Shown: piece after piece, positions 29,919 to 39,584 of the stretch
Layout of the letters: every line of letters starts with the position of its first letter
Numbering within the stretch: the first letter of the stretch is position 1
Assembly (NCBI GenBank): GCA_930991035.1
Contig: CAKNRV010000001.1
Coordinates: forward strand, 124,719 to 188,718
Direction of reading: 5' to 3'
Length of the DNA stretch: 64,000 bases
From: an uncultured Clostridium sp.
GTDB lineage: Bacteria; Bacillota; Clostridia; TANB77; CAG-508
Translations under genes and position numbers: made by a program
Notes under the pieces: model-generated
Told to the model about the DNA's origin: nothing
Databases searched by the model: none
Seen by the model: the letters and a program-made list of their open reading frames with translations, nothing else

Positions 29919-31469
29919 TTATTCCTCCATAACTTCGTCTATTTGCTCTTTTGCATCTGCTACTGACGAACTATCAGGAATCATTATATACGAATTTAGA
30001 TTTCCTAATGAATATGTTGGTCCAGAAGAACCTGTTCCAGTTAAAGCATTAGTCTTTATTGTCCAAGAAGACATATTACTTAATTGGTCTTTTACTATAT
30101 TACTTATTTCGTCTTGGCTTATATTGGTTTGGAAACAGCCTTCAAGTGAACTTAGTATATCTGTATATCTAGTTAAAAGTGTAGTACTATTTAATACTTT
30201 CTTTATAATAGCCTCAATTACAGCTTGTTGGTTTTTAACTCTTTGATTATCTCCTGATGCAAATGAATGTCTCTCACGGCTAAATGCTAAAGCTTTTTCA
30301 CCGTCCATATAGTTGTAACCTTGACTAAAGCTATATCCTTGAGATGTAAATGAGTAATCAGAATATACTTCTATTCCCCCCAATGTATCGACCAAATTAA
30401 TTACTGTTGTAAAGTTAACTCTTACATAATAATTAATATCAACATCTAATAAATCTTCAACAGTTGTAATGGTTTCATTTATTCCATATATTCCAGAATG
30501 AGTTAACTTGTCTTTAGCACCTTTACTGTGTAGTGTTACATAATAATCTCTTGGAATAGATGTAAGTAATACTTCGTGTGTTTTAGTATTAACAGTAGCT
30601 AATATGTTGGCATCACTTCTTGAAACATTACTAATACTTCCAGATGTATCAATACCACTTATATATACATTAAATATACCATTTCCTATTGTATATTCAG
30701 AACCTTCTGTACTAACCTCTGCTGTTTTTTCTACTTCGTGGTTAGCTGTATGCAAAATCTTTGTATTATCTTTAAAATTAGAAATTTCTTCACCTAGCAT
30801 ACTGTATTGTGAAGAGCTAATATATATTACATTAATTTCTCCATTTAGTAAGCTTGTACCAATTGCAGTCAAGTTTTCACCTGTCTGAAATGTTACATCA
30901 ACTTGATTCTCTAGTTCTGCTGTTACATCTTCGCCTATTTGGAAGGTATATACTTCTTCGCCTTCTATATCTGCTAAATCTTCATAAGTATTATTATTTC
31001 TTACTACAACATAATACTCTTCAGTTTCTGTAACTTGGGTAAACATTGAACCTAAAAAGTCATTTGTAGCATTAGCAAAATTTGTGACATAAATGTATAC
31101 ACAAGATACTAGTATTGCAATAATCAAACAAAAAATATTTAATTTATATGTTTTATGTCTCTTTCCTAAACCAATTGCAACAAGCAAAGTAAAGATAATT
31201 TCTGCAATTGTAAATGCAACAATATATCCACTTGGTAATAGGTTTAGTCTAAGGATTGAGCTGTAAAATACAATTGTAATAATTATATATGCAAGTGTTA
31301 ATATTCTAAACACTACAACTCCCTTTCCAGATTTGTTTTTTGCTGGTTTACTGCTTTTATTTGATTTGGTATAGTTTTTATTACTACTATACCCCATATT
31401 AGAAGAGCCTTTAGTACTCTTTCTATATGGATTTTCATCATTTCTCATTCTTCTTGGTTGATAACTCAT
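29919..31469 (-). CDS. LCP family ligase with an extended N-terminal region (basic tail, TM segments, extra domain)
   Basis: ISGIDTSG...RSDANILATVN...LTSIPRDYYV...KLTHSGIYG...ALAFSRERH is the LCP core. The N-terminus is basic, followed by about 3 TM helices. Confidence 0.85.
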   Translation of the reverse strand: MSYQPRRMRNDENPYRKSTKGSSNMGYSSNKNYTKSNKSSKPAKNKSGKGVVVFRILTLAYIIITIVFYSSILRLNLLPSGYIVAFTIAEIIFTLLVAIGLGKRHKTYKLNIFCLIIAILVSCVYIYVTNFANATNDFLGSMFTQVTETEEYYVVVRNNNTYEDLADIEGEEVYTFQIGEDVTAELENQVDVTFQTGENLTAIGTSLLNGEINVIYISSSQYSMLGEEISNFKDNTKILHTANHEVEKTAEVSTEGSEYTIGNGIFNVYISGIDTSGSISNVSRSDANILATVNTKTHEVLLTSIPRDYYVTLHSKGAKDKLTHSGIYGINETITTVEDLLDVDINYYVRVNFTTVINLVDTLGGIEVYSDYSFTSQGYSFSQGYNYMDGEKALAFSRERHSFASGDNQRVKNQQAVIEAIIKKVLNSTTLLTRYTDILSSLEGCFQTNISQDEISNIVKDQLSNMSSWTIKTNALTGTGSSGPTYSLGNLNSYIMIPDSSSVADAKEQIDEVMEE

Positions 31470-31661
31470 TTGTTTTCTCCTTTTTTAAATATACTCAATC
31501 AAATTTCCATTAATAAACTTCATTTTTTTACTTTTGTAATTATATACGATATAATCACAAAAGTAAAGAGCATTTAAAATGTTATAATATTTATGGCACA
31601 TATTTCATTGCAATACAGTTACTTTTTTTCGGCAAGGCAAGATATTTTTTATTGTAAAACA

Positions 31662-32582
31662 CTATTTTCTCAAATTTTCTTTTATTGTTTCATAAATGCT
31701 TTGAGCATCTAATGAATTCATTTTTTTTATTTCACTATATGTTCCATAGCCTTCTGCAAATTTATCGTTTATGCCTATTTTTACTAACTTTGCATTAATT
31801 CCATAAGTTGCTATTACATCTGCTATGCTACTTCCTATTCCTCCTATAACAGAGTGTTCTTCCAATGAAAAAATTTTGTTTTGTATGGTACATTCTTGTT
31901 TTATATTCTCTACATCTAGTGGTTTTATTGTATGAATATTTATAATTCTTAAGTCTATTCCATCTTTTAATAACATTTCTTGTGTCTCTAATAATTCTGA
32001 AATAATACTACCAGTAAAAAATATGGTGGCAGATTTTCCATCTTTTATAACAATATTTTTGCCTGTTTCAAATATATAATCATTTTCATATATTTCTTTT
32101 TCATTACTCATTCCCATTCTAATATAAGTTGGTCCTTTTATTTCATAAGACTTTTTTACAACCTTTTCTAACTCTAATGGACTCGCCGGTGAAAATATAG
32201 TAAGATTTGGAAGTACCTTAAGTGCCGCAATATCTTCGGTTGTATGGTGTGTAGATCCTAGTGTAGACCAAGATAAGCCACACCCCATCCCAACCAATTT
32301 TACATTTCTATTTTGCAAGCAAATATCATCTCTAATGAACTCATAAGATCGATATGCCAAAAAAGCGTTTGTAGTATAAACAAAAGGTATTTTACCACAA
32401 GCTGCTAAACCTGATGCAGCAGCCACTTTATTATTTTCACTAATGCCAAAATTTATACATTGGTCTGGAAATTCTCTTGCAATTAATTCATCATAATCTG
32501 TTCCACTATCAGATAAGCAAGATATTACGTTTTTGTCTTGTTTAATTAACTCATATAAAGCATTTATATATGCTCTTTGCAT
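31662..32582 (-). CDS. Transketolase, C-terminal (pyrimidine-binding) subunit
   Basis: 306 aa, paired with the N-terminal subunit. This is the typical split-transketolase architecture, with a 19-nt overlap with its partner. Confidence 0.8.
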   Translation of the reverse strand: MQRAYINALYELIKQDKNVISCLSDSGTDYDELIAREFPDQCINFGISENNKVAAASGLAACGKIPFVYTTNAFLAYRSYEFIRDDICLQNRNVKLVGMGCGLSWSTLGSTHHTTEDIAALKVLPNLTIFSPASPLELEKVVKKSYEIKGPTYIRMGMSNEKEIYENDYIFETGKNIVIKDGKSATIFFTGSIISELLETQEMLLKDGIDLRIINIHTIKPLDVENIKQECTIQNKIFSLEEHSVIGGIGSSIADVIATYGINAKLVKIGINDKFAEGYGTYSEIKKMNSLDAQSIYETIKENLRK

Positions 32583-33397
32583 AACTTAATTTCCTCCTCA
32601 CTTATATTTAGTTCTTGCATAAATACTTTTAATTCTTTTTTGTTTGGTAATTTCCAGTGCCATCTAGGGTTATTCTCAACTATTGATACTCCCTTTCCTT
32701 TTACTGTATTTGCTATAATTAATAATGGTTTTTCAGAATTATTTGGTTCAGCTAATACTTCTTCCAATTGTTCAACATTATGTCCATCTACTTCTCTTAT
32801 TTCCCAGTTTAAACTTGCAAATACATTTTTCCATGAATTAATTCCCATAACTTTTTCTAATGTATCCATCTTTTGCAACTTATTATTGTCTATAATTGCA
32901 ACTAAATTATTCAAATTATAATGTGAAGCAAACATAGCAGCTTCCCATACTGTTCCTTCTTCACACTCACCATCACCTAATAAGACATAAACTTTATTAT
33001 CTTTTTTGTCTAATTTTTTGGCTAATGCCATACCAGTCCCAATTGATAGTCCATGACCTAATGAACCTGTTGATGCTTCTACTCCAGGTATATTTGGTAT
33101 ACAAGGTTCCCCTCCCAAATATGACCCTGGTTTAGAAAATCCCTTTAGTATTTGTTCATCAAAGAATCCCGCTTCACACAAAGTTACATAAAGTGCTAAG
33201 CTTCCGTGTCCTTTGCTCAATATGAACAAATCCCTATCTTCTTGCTTTGGATTTTTAGGATTATATCTTAGAATATGCTTTAAATATAATACATACAAGA
33301 TTTCTACTATTGAAAATGCAGAAGCTAAATGAGCAATGCTTGCACTATATCCAGTTAGAAATATCTTTTTTCTTAAATTTAATAATTCATTATCCAT
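32564..33397 (-). CDS. Transketolase, N-terminal (TPP-binding) subunit
   Basis: SKGHGSLALY, GSLGHGLSIGTGMA and LLGDGECEEG are TPP-binding motifs. Confidence 0.85.
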   Translation of the reverse strand: MDNELLNLRKKIFLTGYSASIAHLASAFSIVEILYVLYLKHILRYNPKNPKQEDRDLFILSKGHGSLALYVTLCEAGFFDEQILKGFSKPGSYLGGEPCIPNIPGVEASTGSLGHGLSIGTGMALAKKLDKKDNKVYVLLGDGECEEGTVWEAAMFASHYNLNNLVAIIDNNKLQKMDTLEKVMGINSWKNVFASLNWEIREVDGHNVEQLEEVLAEPNNSEKPLLIIANTVKGKGVSIVENNPRWHWKLPNKKELKVFMQELNISEEEIKLCKEHI

Positions 33398-33537
33398 TAA
33401 ATATTCGGTTCCTTTCTTAATTTTATTGATATTTTCATATTAGAATCCAAAATTTATGTATATATTAATAATTGTTAATTATGCTCTCTGGACTTTTTCT
33501 CAACTACATTTAGTTATTAAATATGGTAATTGTTACT

Positions 33538-34380
33538 TTAATTAAAAATTGTAATTGTTTCTGAGTCCAATCCAGAACCAGCCATATATGGCAAATTACT
33601 TAAATAATCCATATCCTCTTTGCTAATTTCAAAATCAAAAACATTTAAGTTAGATTTCATTCTTTCTTTTTCACTTGTTTTTGGTATTGGTAGTACTCCA
33701 TTTTGTAGACACCACCTTATACAAATTTGAGCCACATCTTTATTATATTTTTTAGCAATTTCCTTCAATTGCTCTTTTTTTAACAATCTGCCTGAACCTA
33801 AAGGACTCCAAGCTTCAACTAAAATATTTTCTTTTTTGCAAAATTCAATAATCTCTTGTTGCATAAATCCAGGATGGCATTCTATTTGATTAATCATTGG
33901 TTTTATTTTGGCACTTTTCAATAATGCTTCTAATTGATTGACTTTAAAATTACAAACTCCTATCGCCTTTACAATCCCTGAATTATATAAATATTCCATA
34001 GCCTTCCAAGTTTCAGCATTTATTTCTTTCCAATCTTCGTGTACTGCTTGAGATGCAGGCCAATGCACAAGATATATATCAAGATAATCACAATCTATCG
34101 TTTCTATTGTTTTATGGCAAGCCTTAATAATATTGTCATAACCTCTATCATCATTCCATAGCTTCCCGCCAATTATAATATCGTCTCTTTTTATATTAGA
34201 ATCTTTTATTCCTTTGCCAACAGCTAATTCATTTCCATATGATTTAGCTGTATCAATATATCTATATCCACTTTCTATTGCATTAGTTATAATTTGACTT
34301 GTTTCTTCTTTATTTGGAAACTTCCAAGTTCCAAATGCAATACTTGGTATTTCTAAGCCATTATTTAATTTATAGTTCAT
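33538..34380 (-). CDS. Aldo/keto reductase
   Basis: FGTWK...YRYIDTAKSYGNE...LDIYLVHWP...AWSPLG are AKR signatures. Confidence 0.85.
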   Translation of the reverse strand: MNYKLNNGLEIPSIAFGTWKFPNKEETSQIITNAIESGYRYIDTAKSYGNELAVGKGIKDSNIKRDDIIIGGKLWNDDRGYDNIIKACHKTIETIDCDYLDIYLVHWPASQAVHEDWKEINAETWKAMEYLYNSGIVKAIGVCNFKVNQLEALLKSAKIKPMINQIECHPGFMQQEIIEFCKKENILVEAWSPLGSGRLLKKEQLKEIAKKYNKDVAQICIRWCLQNGVLPIPKTSEKERMKSNLNVFDFEISKEDMDYLSNLPYMAGSGLDSETITIFN

Positions 34381-34492
34381 AATTATCTTTACCCTTTCTT
34401 TTATTACTTTTTAAATAAATTAAATATAACTATTTAAAACATAATAAATTTTTATTCTTTAGTCTAAATTCATAATAAACATCCTATATTTA

Positions 34493-35557
34493 TTAAGTGC
34501 TTTCTCCAATTAATTTATTTATCTCAACTTTAGTATTATCTACTTGCTTATGCCAGTTATCTAATAAATCAAACCAGTCCTTATAATTTTCATCTTCTCT
34601 TCTATCTGGTAAGTTATAATTTTCTTTTAAGTATTCACATAGGAAATCAGTATATTTCTCTGAGCCAAAAATATTCACATGGTTTTCATCATATAAATCC
34701 TTAGCAAAATCAATCTTCATTTCTTCATAATAATCATTAGCATCCAAGAAATTGTAACTATATTGATTAATTATTTCACTTATGTAATTAAAATTTTCTT
34801 TATGTTCTTCTTGTTCAACATAAGGTGAAACAACAAATAAATAATTACATTCTGTTGTTTTACAATACTCTAATAAATCTATTAATATTTCTTCTGTTTC
34901 TTTCGCAACAGGCTTCTTGCTGTCCGTCTCATTTTTCGCTTTTGTCTGCTTATCTACTTTTGGTACAAAGTAAAAACCTTTTAATGGATTTTTATATATA
35001 TTAAAAGCCATTTTTATTTGATTATTAATGCTTGCTCCTTTTAAATCTCTATGATATTTTATAATATCAAAACAATATGATGCTTTACCTTCTTTTAAAT
35101 ATTTTTCAACATTTTCATAAATAAATTCTAATTTATTTAAAGAAAATGGCATACCTGTAAGTACATTTCTATATGCTACTTCAGTTGGTGGTTGATCTTT
35201 TTCTCGATATTGAAAAGATCTTGCATCAATTATTATCAATTCTGGTTTTTGATTTTTTAATATCTCCTTTATCATTGTTTTATATAACTCTGGTTGAATG
35301 GTATTGGCACCATAATTATATGAGGCAATCCCTTCTTGTTCAAATGCTCGTAATGGCTCATAATATACAAATGCTGCACTACCTCCAATATAAACCATAT
35401 CCAACGTATTCTTTTCTTCACCATAAAATCCAGCTATATTATTTAAATCTACGGACGTTGGTTTCATTATATATGTCATTACTCTAATAAAAAGTAAAGA
35501 TATTAGCATAAATATAATTATTAAAATACTCCATTTTATTATTTTCTTTGCTTTCAA
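34493..35557 (-). CDS. Membrane-anchored extracytoplasmic DltD-like/SGNH-like acyltransfer partner protein
   Basis: Start placed at TTG 35557 (GGAGG upstream), 2 nt after the stop of the MBOAT gene. It has an N-terminal TM segment. Its position immediately downstream of an MBOAT mirrors dltB-dltD and algI-algJ. Confidence 0.5.
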   Translation of the reverse strand: MKAKKIIKWSILIIIFMLISLLFIRVMTYIMKPTSVDLNNIAGFYGEEKNTLDMVYIGGSAAFVYYEPLRAFEQEGIASYNYGANTIQPELYKTMIKEILKNQKPELIIIDARSFQYREKDQPPTEVAYRNVLTGMPFSLNKLEFIYENVEKYLKEGKASYCFDIIKYHRDLKGASINNQIKMAFNIYKNPLKGFYFVPKVDKQTKAKNETDSKKPVAKETEEILIDLLEYCKTTECNYLFVVSPYVEQEEHKENFNYISEIINQYSYNFLDANDYYEEMKIDFAKDLYDENHVNIFGSEKYTDFLCEYLKENYNLPDRREDENYKDWFDLLDNWHKQVDNTKVEINKLIGEST

Positions 35558-35558
35558 T

Positions 35559-37070
35559 TTAAAAACCTCCATATATAAATTCTGCCGGATTATAACCAGG
35601 TCCATAAATGCCATAAGTTAAAATTAAATATAGCATAAAGAATATAACAATATATCTAAAAATAATTCCTTGTTTATTAAATAATTCTAAAACATCTTTG
35701 TCCTTGTATTGCAAATAATCCACTACAAAAACAATTATTCCTGCTATCAATATAATCATGTATGGTATTTGAGGTAACGCAAGTCTTAAATCAAAATTAC
35801 TAATTTTAAATACATTAGAAACAACAGAAAAGCCTAACCAAAAGTTTGGTGCTAATACAAATAACCAAATTAAACACATTAGAGCAACTGTTCTTATTGA
35901 TTCAAATAGTCTATAACTAAATCTTTCTGTATTGATATGTAATATATCCTTTAATTTTTTGAATAACGGCTCACATAACTGGCTAATTGTAAGATATAGC
36001 CATGGTAAAATACCCGCTGCAAATATGTATTTATATGATGCTCCATGCCAAATTCCAATTATTAGCCATAATATAAATATTGCAATGATCATAGGTATTT
36101 TTTTACCTATTTTTTTGCCAAATTTTTTCTTACATTTCTCTGCCAAGTTTTGGAATGGTTTTGAAATTAATAATGGATACATTATATAATCTTTTGCCCA
36201 AGTTCCTAAAGTTATATGCCATCTTCTCCAAAATTCCGAAAGATTTCTTGAAAAAAATGGACTTTTAAAGTTTTCTGGCAAGGTTACGCCATACATTTTA
36301 CTTGCTCCTATAACAATATCCATACATCCTGAAAAATCAGTATAAATTTGAATAGCATAGAATATTACTCCTATTACTAAATATATTCCAGAATATATAT
36401 TATATTGGCTAAATATGGCATTTACAACAATTCCTAATTGGTCTGCTATTACCATTTTCTTTAGAAGTCCATATACTATCCTCTCCGCACCAAAAAGAAC
36501 ATTTTTGAAGTTGTATTCTTTTGGTGTAAATAGCTCTTCTTTCATTTCATTATATCTTACAATTGGTCCAGAAATCATAACTGGATAATAGCAAGTAAAT
36601 AGAGTATGCTTTAAAATATTCTTTTGAGGTTCAGAAGTCCCTCTATACACATCTAATGTATATCCTATTAAAGATAGAGCATAATAAGAAATACCAAGTG
36701 GTGCCAATAAATTAAAAGTTGCAAAGTGAAAATTTACATTAAACACACTAGCTATACCATTTAATGTAGTAGGTATAATATTAATATATTTTAAAATTAC
36801 TAATTGTCCAACTATACATAATAATGTTATAAAAAGTGCTATTTTTTTAGATTTGTCTGTTTTTAAATTTTCAGCTATTAACCTTGCTCCAATATAAGTT
36901 GCAACTATGCCAAATAATAATACAATTAATAGTTGCCATGAACAGGCAGACATAAAAAATATTAAACTAGCTATTAATAAAACTATCCATCTATGCTTCT
37001 TAGGAAAAATATAATATACTATGACACTTGCTACTAAGAATACAAAAAACTTTAATGTTGTTATTCCCAT
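35559..37070 (-). CDS. MBOAT-family membrane O-acyltransferase (DltB/AlgI-like)
   Basis: 503 aa polytopic protein. The FWRRWHITL and IWHGASY histidine motifs are characteristic of MBOAT. Confidence 0.8.
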   Translation of the reverse strand: MGITTLKFFVFLVASVIVYYIFPKKHRWIVLLIASLIFFMSACSWQLLIVLLFGIVATYIGARLIAENLKTDKSKKIALFITLLCIVGQLVILKYINIIPTTLNGIASVFNVNFHFATFNLLAPLGISYYALSLIGYTLDVYRGTSEPQKNILKHTLFTCYYPVMISGPIVRYNEMKEELFTPKEYNFKNVLFGAERIVYGLLKKMVIADQLGIVVNAIFSQYNIYSGIYLVIGVIFYAIQIYTDFSGCMDIVIGASKMYGVTLPENFKSPFFSRNLSEFWRRWHITLGTWAKDYIMYPLLISKPFQNLAEKCKKKFGKKIGKKIPMIIAIFILWLIIGIWHGASYKYIFAAGILPWLYLTISQLCEPLFKKLKDILHINTERFSYRLFESIRTVALMCLIWLFVLAPNFWLGFSVVSNVFKISNFDLRLALPQIPYMIILIAGIIVFVVDYLQYKDKDVLELFNKQGIIFRYIVIFFMLYLILTYGIYGPGYNPAEFIYGGF

Positions 37071-37132
37071 AATTGCTAAATTCCTTTCAATTCTTCTAAA
37101 ATCATTTTTATTATTTTCTTATAAATATTATT

Positions 37133-37552
37133 TTAACAAATAACTCCTATTTGCATTTTTCCTCTACATACTTTAGCTCCATTTTTATCAGATATAGTAA
37201 CTTTTATTGTAATTCTTGAAAATCTATCATCTTTTTCAATTACTTCTCCTTTTACTTTTAACGGAGATGAAGATAAAAATACTGGCTTTGCATAGCTTAT
37301 TTCAACACTATGAATAAGACTATATTTTCCTGGTAAATATACACCTGCTAAAGTAGACAATGCAGAAGTAGTAAGTAATCCATAAACTACTACTTCATCA
37401 TACCCTTTGGATTTGGCATAATTTGCATCAGTGTGCAAAGGATTTTTATCTCCACTAATGGAATAAAATTGTTTCATTTTTTCTTGTGTTATTTCAAAAG
37501 TAAACTCCTCTACTTGTCCTTTATAAATATCTTCATACTTGTATTCATTCAT
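37133..37552 (-). CDS. MaoC-like hot-dog fold (de)hydratase
   Basis: 139 aa. GDKNPLHTD matches the MaoC dehydratase motif. Confidence 0.7.
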   Translation of the reverse strand: MNEYKYEDIYKGQVEEFTFEITQEKMKQFYSISGDKNPLHTDANYAKSKGYDEVVVYGLLTTSALSTLAGVYLPGKYSLIHSVEISYAKPVFLSSSPLKVKGEVIEKDDRFSRITIKVTISDKNGAKVCRGKMQIGVIC

Positions 37553-37553
37553 T

Positions 37554-37796
37554 TTATTTTACTCTTTCCATAATAATATCAACCATTTCTCCAACATTTT
37601 TTAATGAAGTAATTTCACCCATCTTAAACTTTATATTGAATTTATGCTCAATCGCAACAATTAAATTAATATGCTCCAAGCTATCCCAATCTTCAATATC
37701 ATTTGCTGTGGTGTTATCATTTACATGAATACTCTCATCATCAAATACATCTTGAAATACCTCATCTAAATTTTTATAAATTTCTTCTCTACTCAT
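37554..37796 (-). CDS. Acyl/peptidyl carrier protein
   Basis: 80 aa. DWDSLEHINLI contains the DSL phosphopantetheine attachment serine. Confidence 0.75.
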   Translation of the reverse strand: MSREEIYKNLDEVFQDVFDDESIHVNDNTTANDIEDWDSLEHINLIVAIEHKFNIKFKMGEITSLKNVGEMVDIIMERVK

Positions 37797-37799
37797 TTT

Positions 37800-39584
37800 T
37801 TATTCCTCCACTTTTATAAATTTATTTTTATTTTTATATTCTTTTCTCAAGTCTAGCTCCCATATTGTATTTCCTTGCTCGTCCTCGCTAATTTTAGTAA
37901 AACCTTGCTCAGCATAAAAATCTTTTACCATTCCGTTTTTCACAGTAGGATAGTAAAAACCTTTTATCGTTTCAATTCCAGTTTCTTTTGCTTTTTTTAC
38001 TAAAACATCCATCATTGCAAATTCCATATCTCGCTTTAATACACGACAGCTCATAATCCAGAGATCAATTTCTAATATTTTTCCTAGAATATGGCCTATT
38101 ACAACTGAAACCACACCATTATCTCCAAATATATCAGATAATTTACCATACAATGTAATATAATTTTTATCTTCTGCAACTTCTTCTATTTCTGATTGAC
38201 TATACCTTCTTGTTGTCAAATTAAATTGATTACTTTTATTTGTTAATTGTGCTATTCGCGCCATATATAATGGTATAAATTCTTCAATTTTAGCGTGCAT
38301 ATCAAGTGATTTTAAGTAGTCTCCATAATTATCAAAAGACGCCATAACTTTATTTCTTTCTATATTTTCTTTATACATCTCACTCTTTTTTAAATCATCC
38401 TTTGATAAATTTATTACTTCAAAGAATCCTGACCTGTCAATTGTCTCAATATATCTTTCTGGTTTTTCAATGATTGGTGTAAAAACATTTGGAATCTGTT
38501 GATTTATAATAGCTCTTTCTGCTGGATTATCATCTACAAATACTAAACTATCTACTCCGAGGTTTAGTTCTTGTGCAATCTCTAGCATATTTTTTGATTT
38601 TGGCTCCCAATTTGCTTTTATTATAATAAAGTCTTCTGGCTTTAAAGATCCATCTGGATGGTTAAGACCCGCAATTGCATTTTTTTCGTCATTCTTGCTA
38701 TTTATGTTTAGAATTACACCTATGTTTTTTAATTGCTTCAAATATTCTTGAAATTCACTATATGCTTCTCCTTCACTTGTTTCTTCACCAATAACGATAT
38801 TTTCTACACCATCGTCTCCAACAACTCCACCCCATAATGTATTATCTAAATCAAGTACTAATCCTTTTTTGTTCTTACCATAAATTGCTTTTATTATATT
38901 TGCAACATTAAATGCAAGGTATGGAATTGCCGGAACTGCTAATGCATATTTATACATATACCAATAAAATTGATCAGACCATTTTTCCAATCCATACATA
39001 GCAGATTGATAATTAATATCATTTATATAGAAATTTGCATTCGTTTCCGCAAACTCTGCAAATTTAAGATTAAGTTTTGTAATAAAATTTACTTTTCCGT
39101 AGTTTGCTGTTGCATCTTTATTTCCCAATATTCTATAAAATGGATATTCAAAATTATTTTGAATAATTGGACAATTGTATTTTTGAAATAACGATAACCA
39201 CATATTTTTATATTTTTCAAATTCTTTATTTAGCAATTTTTCTGTTTCTTCATTACTTTCGCCAACTGCAGGATAATTTGTAATATTTCTATTGCTTGTA
39301 TGAATAAAAATAATATCTGGTTTAAATTCTTCTAGTTCTTTATTTTCAAACATTGCATCCTGCCAAAACTGATTATACTCTGATTCATAAAACTTTGGTT
39401 TTATTCCATTATTTAGTAAAAATAATTCTAAAACGAGTTTTATATCATTAGTAGTTGAGCCACCTAAAATTGCTATATTTTTTTCTATAAACCCGCAAGA
39501 GCTTTCTAGTAATTTTTTCTTCAATGATTTTTTCTTTTTTAAAATATACTCTGGGTCAAATGGATATTCTAGTTCTTGTAACAT
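37800..39584 (-). CDS. FkbH-like HAD-IIIC family protein
   Basis: LVLDLDNTLWGGVVGDDG is the HAD-IIIC/FkbH signature. The C-terminal GNAT-like domain is typical of FkbH proteins. Confidence 0.75.
   Translation of the reverse strand: MLQELEYPFDPEYILKKKKSLKKKLLESSCGFIEKNIAILGGSTTNDIKLVLELFLLNNGIKPKFYESEYNQFWQDAMFENKELEEFKPDIIFIHTSNRNITNYPAVGESNEETEKLLNKEFEKYKNMWLSLFQKYNCPIIQNNFEYPFYRILGNKDATANYGKVNFITKLNLKFAEFAETNANFYINDINYQSAMYGLEKWSDQFYWYMYKYALAVPAIPYLAFNVANIIKAIYGKNKKGLVLDLDNTLWGGVVGDDGVENIVIGEETSEGEAYSEFQEYLKQLKNIGVILNINSKNDEKNAIAGLNHPDGSLKPEDFIIIKANWEPKSKNMLEIAQELNLGVDSLVFVDDNPAERAIINQQIPNVFTPIIEKPERYIETIDRSGFFEVINLSKDDLKKSEMYKENIERNKVMASFDNYGDYLKSLDMHAKIEEFIPLYMARIAQLTNKSNQFNLTTRRYSQSEIEEVAEDKNYITLYGKLSDIFGDNGVVSVVIGHILGKILEIDLWIMSCRVLKRDMEFAMMDVLVKKAKETGIETIKGFYYPTVKNGMVKDFYAEQGFTKISEDEQGNTIWELDLRKEYKNKNKFIKVEE

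Noticed and set aside
31662-33397. The split transketolase, considered as a frameshifted pseudogene
   Set aside because: Separate N- and C-terminal transketolase subunit genes with a short overlap are a common natural arrangement in Firmicutes and archaea. No CGG is present and no residues are missing at the junction.
35559-35614. The 56-nt overlap of the DltD-like ORF (track start 35614) with the MBOAT gene
   Set aside because: A TTG at 35557 with a GGAGG RBS directly after the MBOAT stop gives a conventional coupled start. The upstream 19 codons (MAFMDLVIIRQNLYMEVFK) are probably not translated.
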